Shown here piece by piece: positions 63,201 to 64,000 of a stretch of 64,000 nt of DNA. The notes under the pieces are model-generated. The model saw nothing but the letters and a program-made list of their open reading frames with translations. It was not told the DNA's origin and did no database searches. This stretch comes from an uncultured Planctomycetota bacterium (GTDB taxonomy: Bacteria; Planctomycetota; PLA2; JAEUHO01): the NCBI GenBank assembly GCA_963752285.1, contig CAVVXN010000002.1, forward strand, positions 32,001 to 96,000, in the 5' to 3' direction. How positions within the stretch are numbered: position 1 is the first letter of the stretch; the number at the start of each line of letters is the position of its first letter. A program made the translations under genes and the position numbers.

Positions 63201-64000
63201 GCGCCGCGGTCCGCGACGCGCGGGGCGACGTCGAAGGGGCGCTCGACGACTGCGCGTCCTACGCGAAGCTCCAGCCCGACGACCCCGACCCCTGGCGGTG
63301 GACCGCGGAGCTCGAGGCGAAGCGAGAGAACCCGGCCGCCGCGGCGAAGGCGCTCGAGAAGGCGCTCGAGGTCAACCGGACGGGCGAGGGCCTGGCGATC
63401 GACCTCGCGAACCTGGGCGAGCTCCTCGGCCACGGGCTCCATCGGCCGAAGGAGGCCCGGACGTACCTGCTCCGCGCCGCGAAGCTCGACCCGCAGAACC
63501 CGATCACGCTGACGAGCCTCGCCAACGTCGAGGCCGACCTCGGGAACTACGAGGAGAGCGCCCGTCGTTTCGCGGCCGCGCGGGACCTCTCGCCCGACGA
63601 CGTGAACCTCCACCGAAACACCGCCTGGGCGCTCATGAAGGCGGGCGAGCACGCCAAGGCCGTGGACGCGTTGGAGCTCGGCCTCGCCCACCTCCCCGAG
63701 AAGGAGACCTCCGTCCTCCACCATCTCCTCGCGTGGGAACTGTGCGCCGCTCCCGACGCCGCGCTCCGCGATCCGGCCCGCGCCGTGGAGCACGCCCGCA
63801 AGTCGGTGGATCTCGACGACCAGAAGGATCCGGAGCAGACGGCGATGCTCCACTCGGTCCTGGGGCAGGCGCTCGTCCGGGCGAAGCGGTACCGGGAGGC
63901 CCAGGACGAGCTCGAGAAGGCGCGCGCGGGCTCGCCGAAGGTCGAGCCCGCGGCGTCGTATGCGCTCGCGCTCTCCGAGCTCGGGCTCGGCCACCGCGAG
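60245..64000 (+). CDS. Ser/Thr protein kinase with C-terminal TPR repeats (runs off the window end)
   Basis: LGDYRLLREVGRGGMGVVYEA, VALKVL, HRDLKPAN, DFGLAR and GTPAYMSPEQ motifs, a TM segment, then TPRs. Missing from the ORF track because there is no stop in the window. Confidence 0.92.
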   Translation, partial: MTPDERVDEIFAAWRAAWDRGERIEPRRVVAEHPDVAEALALRFEVLSLLDRVVGEALAGSPLEGASPGGAPPAEGRVLGDYRLLREVGRGGMGVVYEAEQVSMRRRVALKVLYPTVTQSPRAIERFRREAQATGRLHHTNIVSVHGIGSEAGTWFYAMDLVEGRPLHRVIEDMRRLEGLPADAPERQESSSAGGAFSTSAGRPEEYAHVARAFWGVADALATAHAAGVVHRDLKPANLLLDGTGTLKIVDFGLARIRGEEGALTVTGDVVGTPAYMSPEQARGREVDARSDVYALGATLYEVLARRPPFAGDDVAVVLRQVLTRDPPPLRRVQRRIPRDLETIVMRAIEKEPERRYPSAKDLAHDLLLFAEGGAIKARPIGPLARVWRRLRRHKGRTLLGAAGLAALVVALLFARRAYEESRSRERLEYDLLVRQGVAAAWGAELDDQAATEARDLFRRALPLAPERYDADVALAFLERGASARLARAKAARGKGLSPAAAGLLEAYVHRREGEEALAKPLETRWRGVAGGEAFGLLLDAEERAARGDYDGALEGYAALLERAPDPALLALEAHRRRAGLALEVGRFEMALEDLHALRPVGHPSPLLLLAEAWCWRGLGRTDTAEETFAQALDLAKDDVNGLSALGQRSIVLGAHAWLDRIAKAGEERYPDHLALLQVRAESSSDAGDFAGAAALYERLVGAHPDDTALRSHWARLLCRVGRGDEAAKVVHDVEAREPTDAATFVNLAEVYRLLHEPDRAVAAAKRAVAGEVPPRGAAEQLVRALLSAGQKDEAEKAALEGMARAPRDPEVFVAAAQAAAETGNPENAVSRYRRALALDPGRPDAAYLLGKLLAREKKLAEAETYLRQAVEARPDIASAHQSLAFVLRDENRLKESIDEFRRAVAIDPKNGLALCEISNEQRQLGDLDGAVRSLREAIAVTPDDVVLHINLAGLLNDAEHCDEAAAELESVASRAQGFPVFFWNRAAVRDARGDVEGALDDCASYAKLQPDDPDPWRWTAELEAKRENPAAAAKALEKALEVNRTGEGLAIDLANLGELLGHGLHRPKEARTYLLRAAKLDPQNPITLTSLANVEADLGNYEESARRFAAARDLSPDDVNLHRNTAWALMKAGEHAKAVDALELGLAHLPEKETSVLHHLLAWELCAAPDAALRDPARAVEHARKSVDLDDQKDPEQTAMLHSVLGQALVRAKRYREAQDELEKARAGSPKVEPAASYALALSELGLGHRE

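Noticed and set aside
60185..63994. 1269-aa minus-strand ORF
   Set aside because: Antisense shadow of the plus-strand Ser/Thr kinase in high-GC DNA, with no recognisable motifs.

Overview
High-GC bacterial window, probably from a Planctomycetota-like organism (inferred from the ECF sigma plus TPR Ser/Thr kinase pair and the exosortase locus layout). Many genes carry single-base indels, most simply explained as long-read consensus errors. Most of the window is a cell-surface and exopolysaccharide super-locus: an ABC flippase, a PssD/PssE-like glycosyltransferase pair, an NDP-sugar transferase-like gene, exosortase, EpsI, Wzc, a priming sugar transferase, a giant TPR protein, Wza, GT2/GT4, a deacetylase, GlmS-like and VanZ. 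It also holds a PAPS/sulfation set (cysC, cysD, cysNC, TauE, and a sulfotransferase hit by a complete IS66 with 8-bp target duplication), a three-module NRPS (A-T-C-A-T-C-A-T-TE), and nine PEP-CTERM-type surface protein genes plus two remnants. The least expected signals are: (1) two paralogous PEP-CTERM proteins, each built from seven near-identical 117-bp RCC1-like repeats that vary almost only at a few codons and in different combinations; (2) a sigma-28-like CAAA-N15-GCCCAT motif upstream of most PEP-CTERM genes; (3) palindromic elements and IS91-like transposase debris near the edges of the duplicated PEP-CTERM block; (4) a 2.9-kb deacetylase+GT4 cassette bounded by a duplicated cysN 3' end; (5) an NRPS embedded in the EPS locus. 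No rRNA, tRNA or CRISPR array was recognised.
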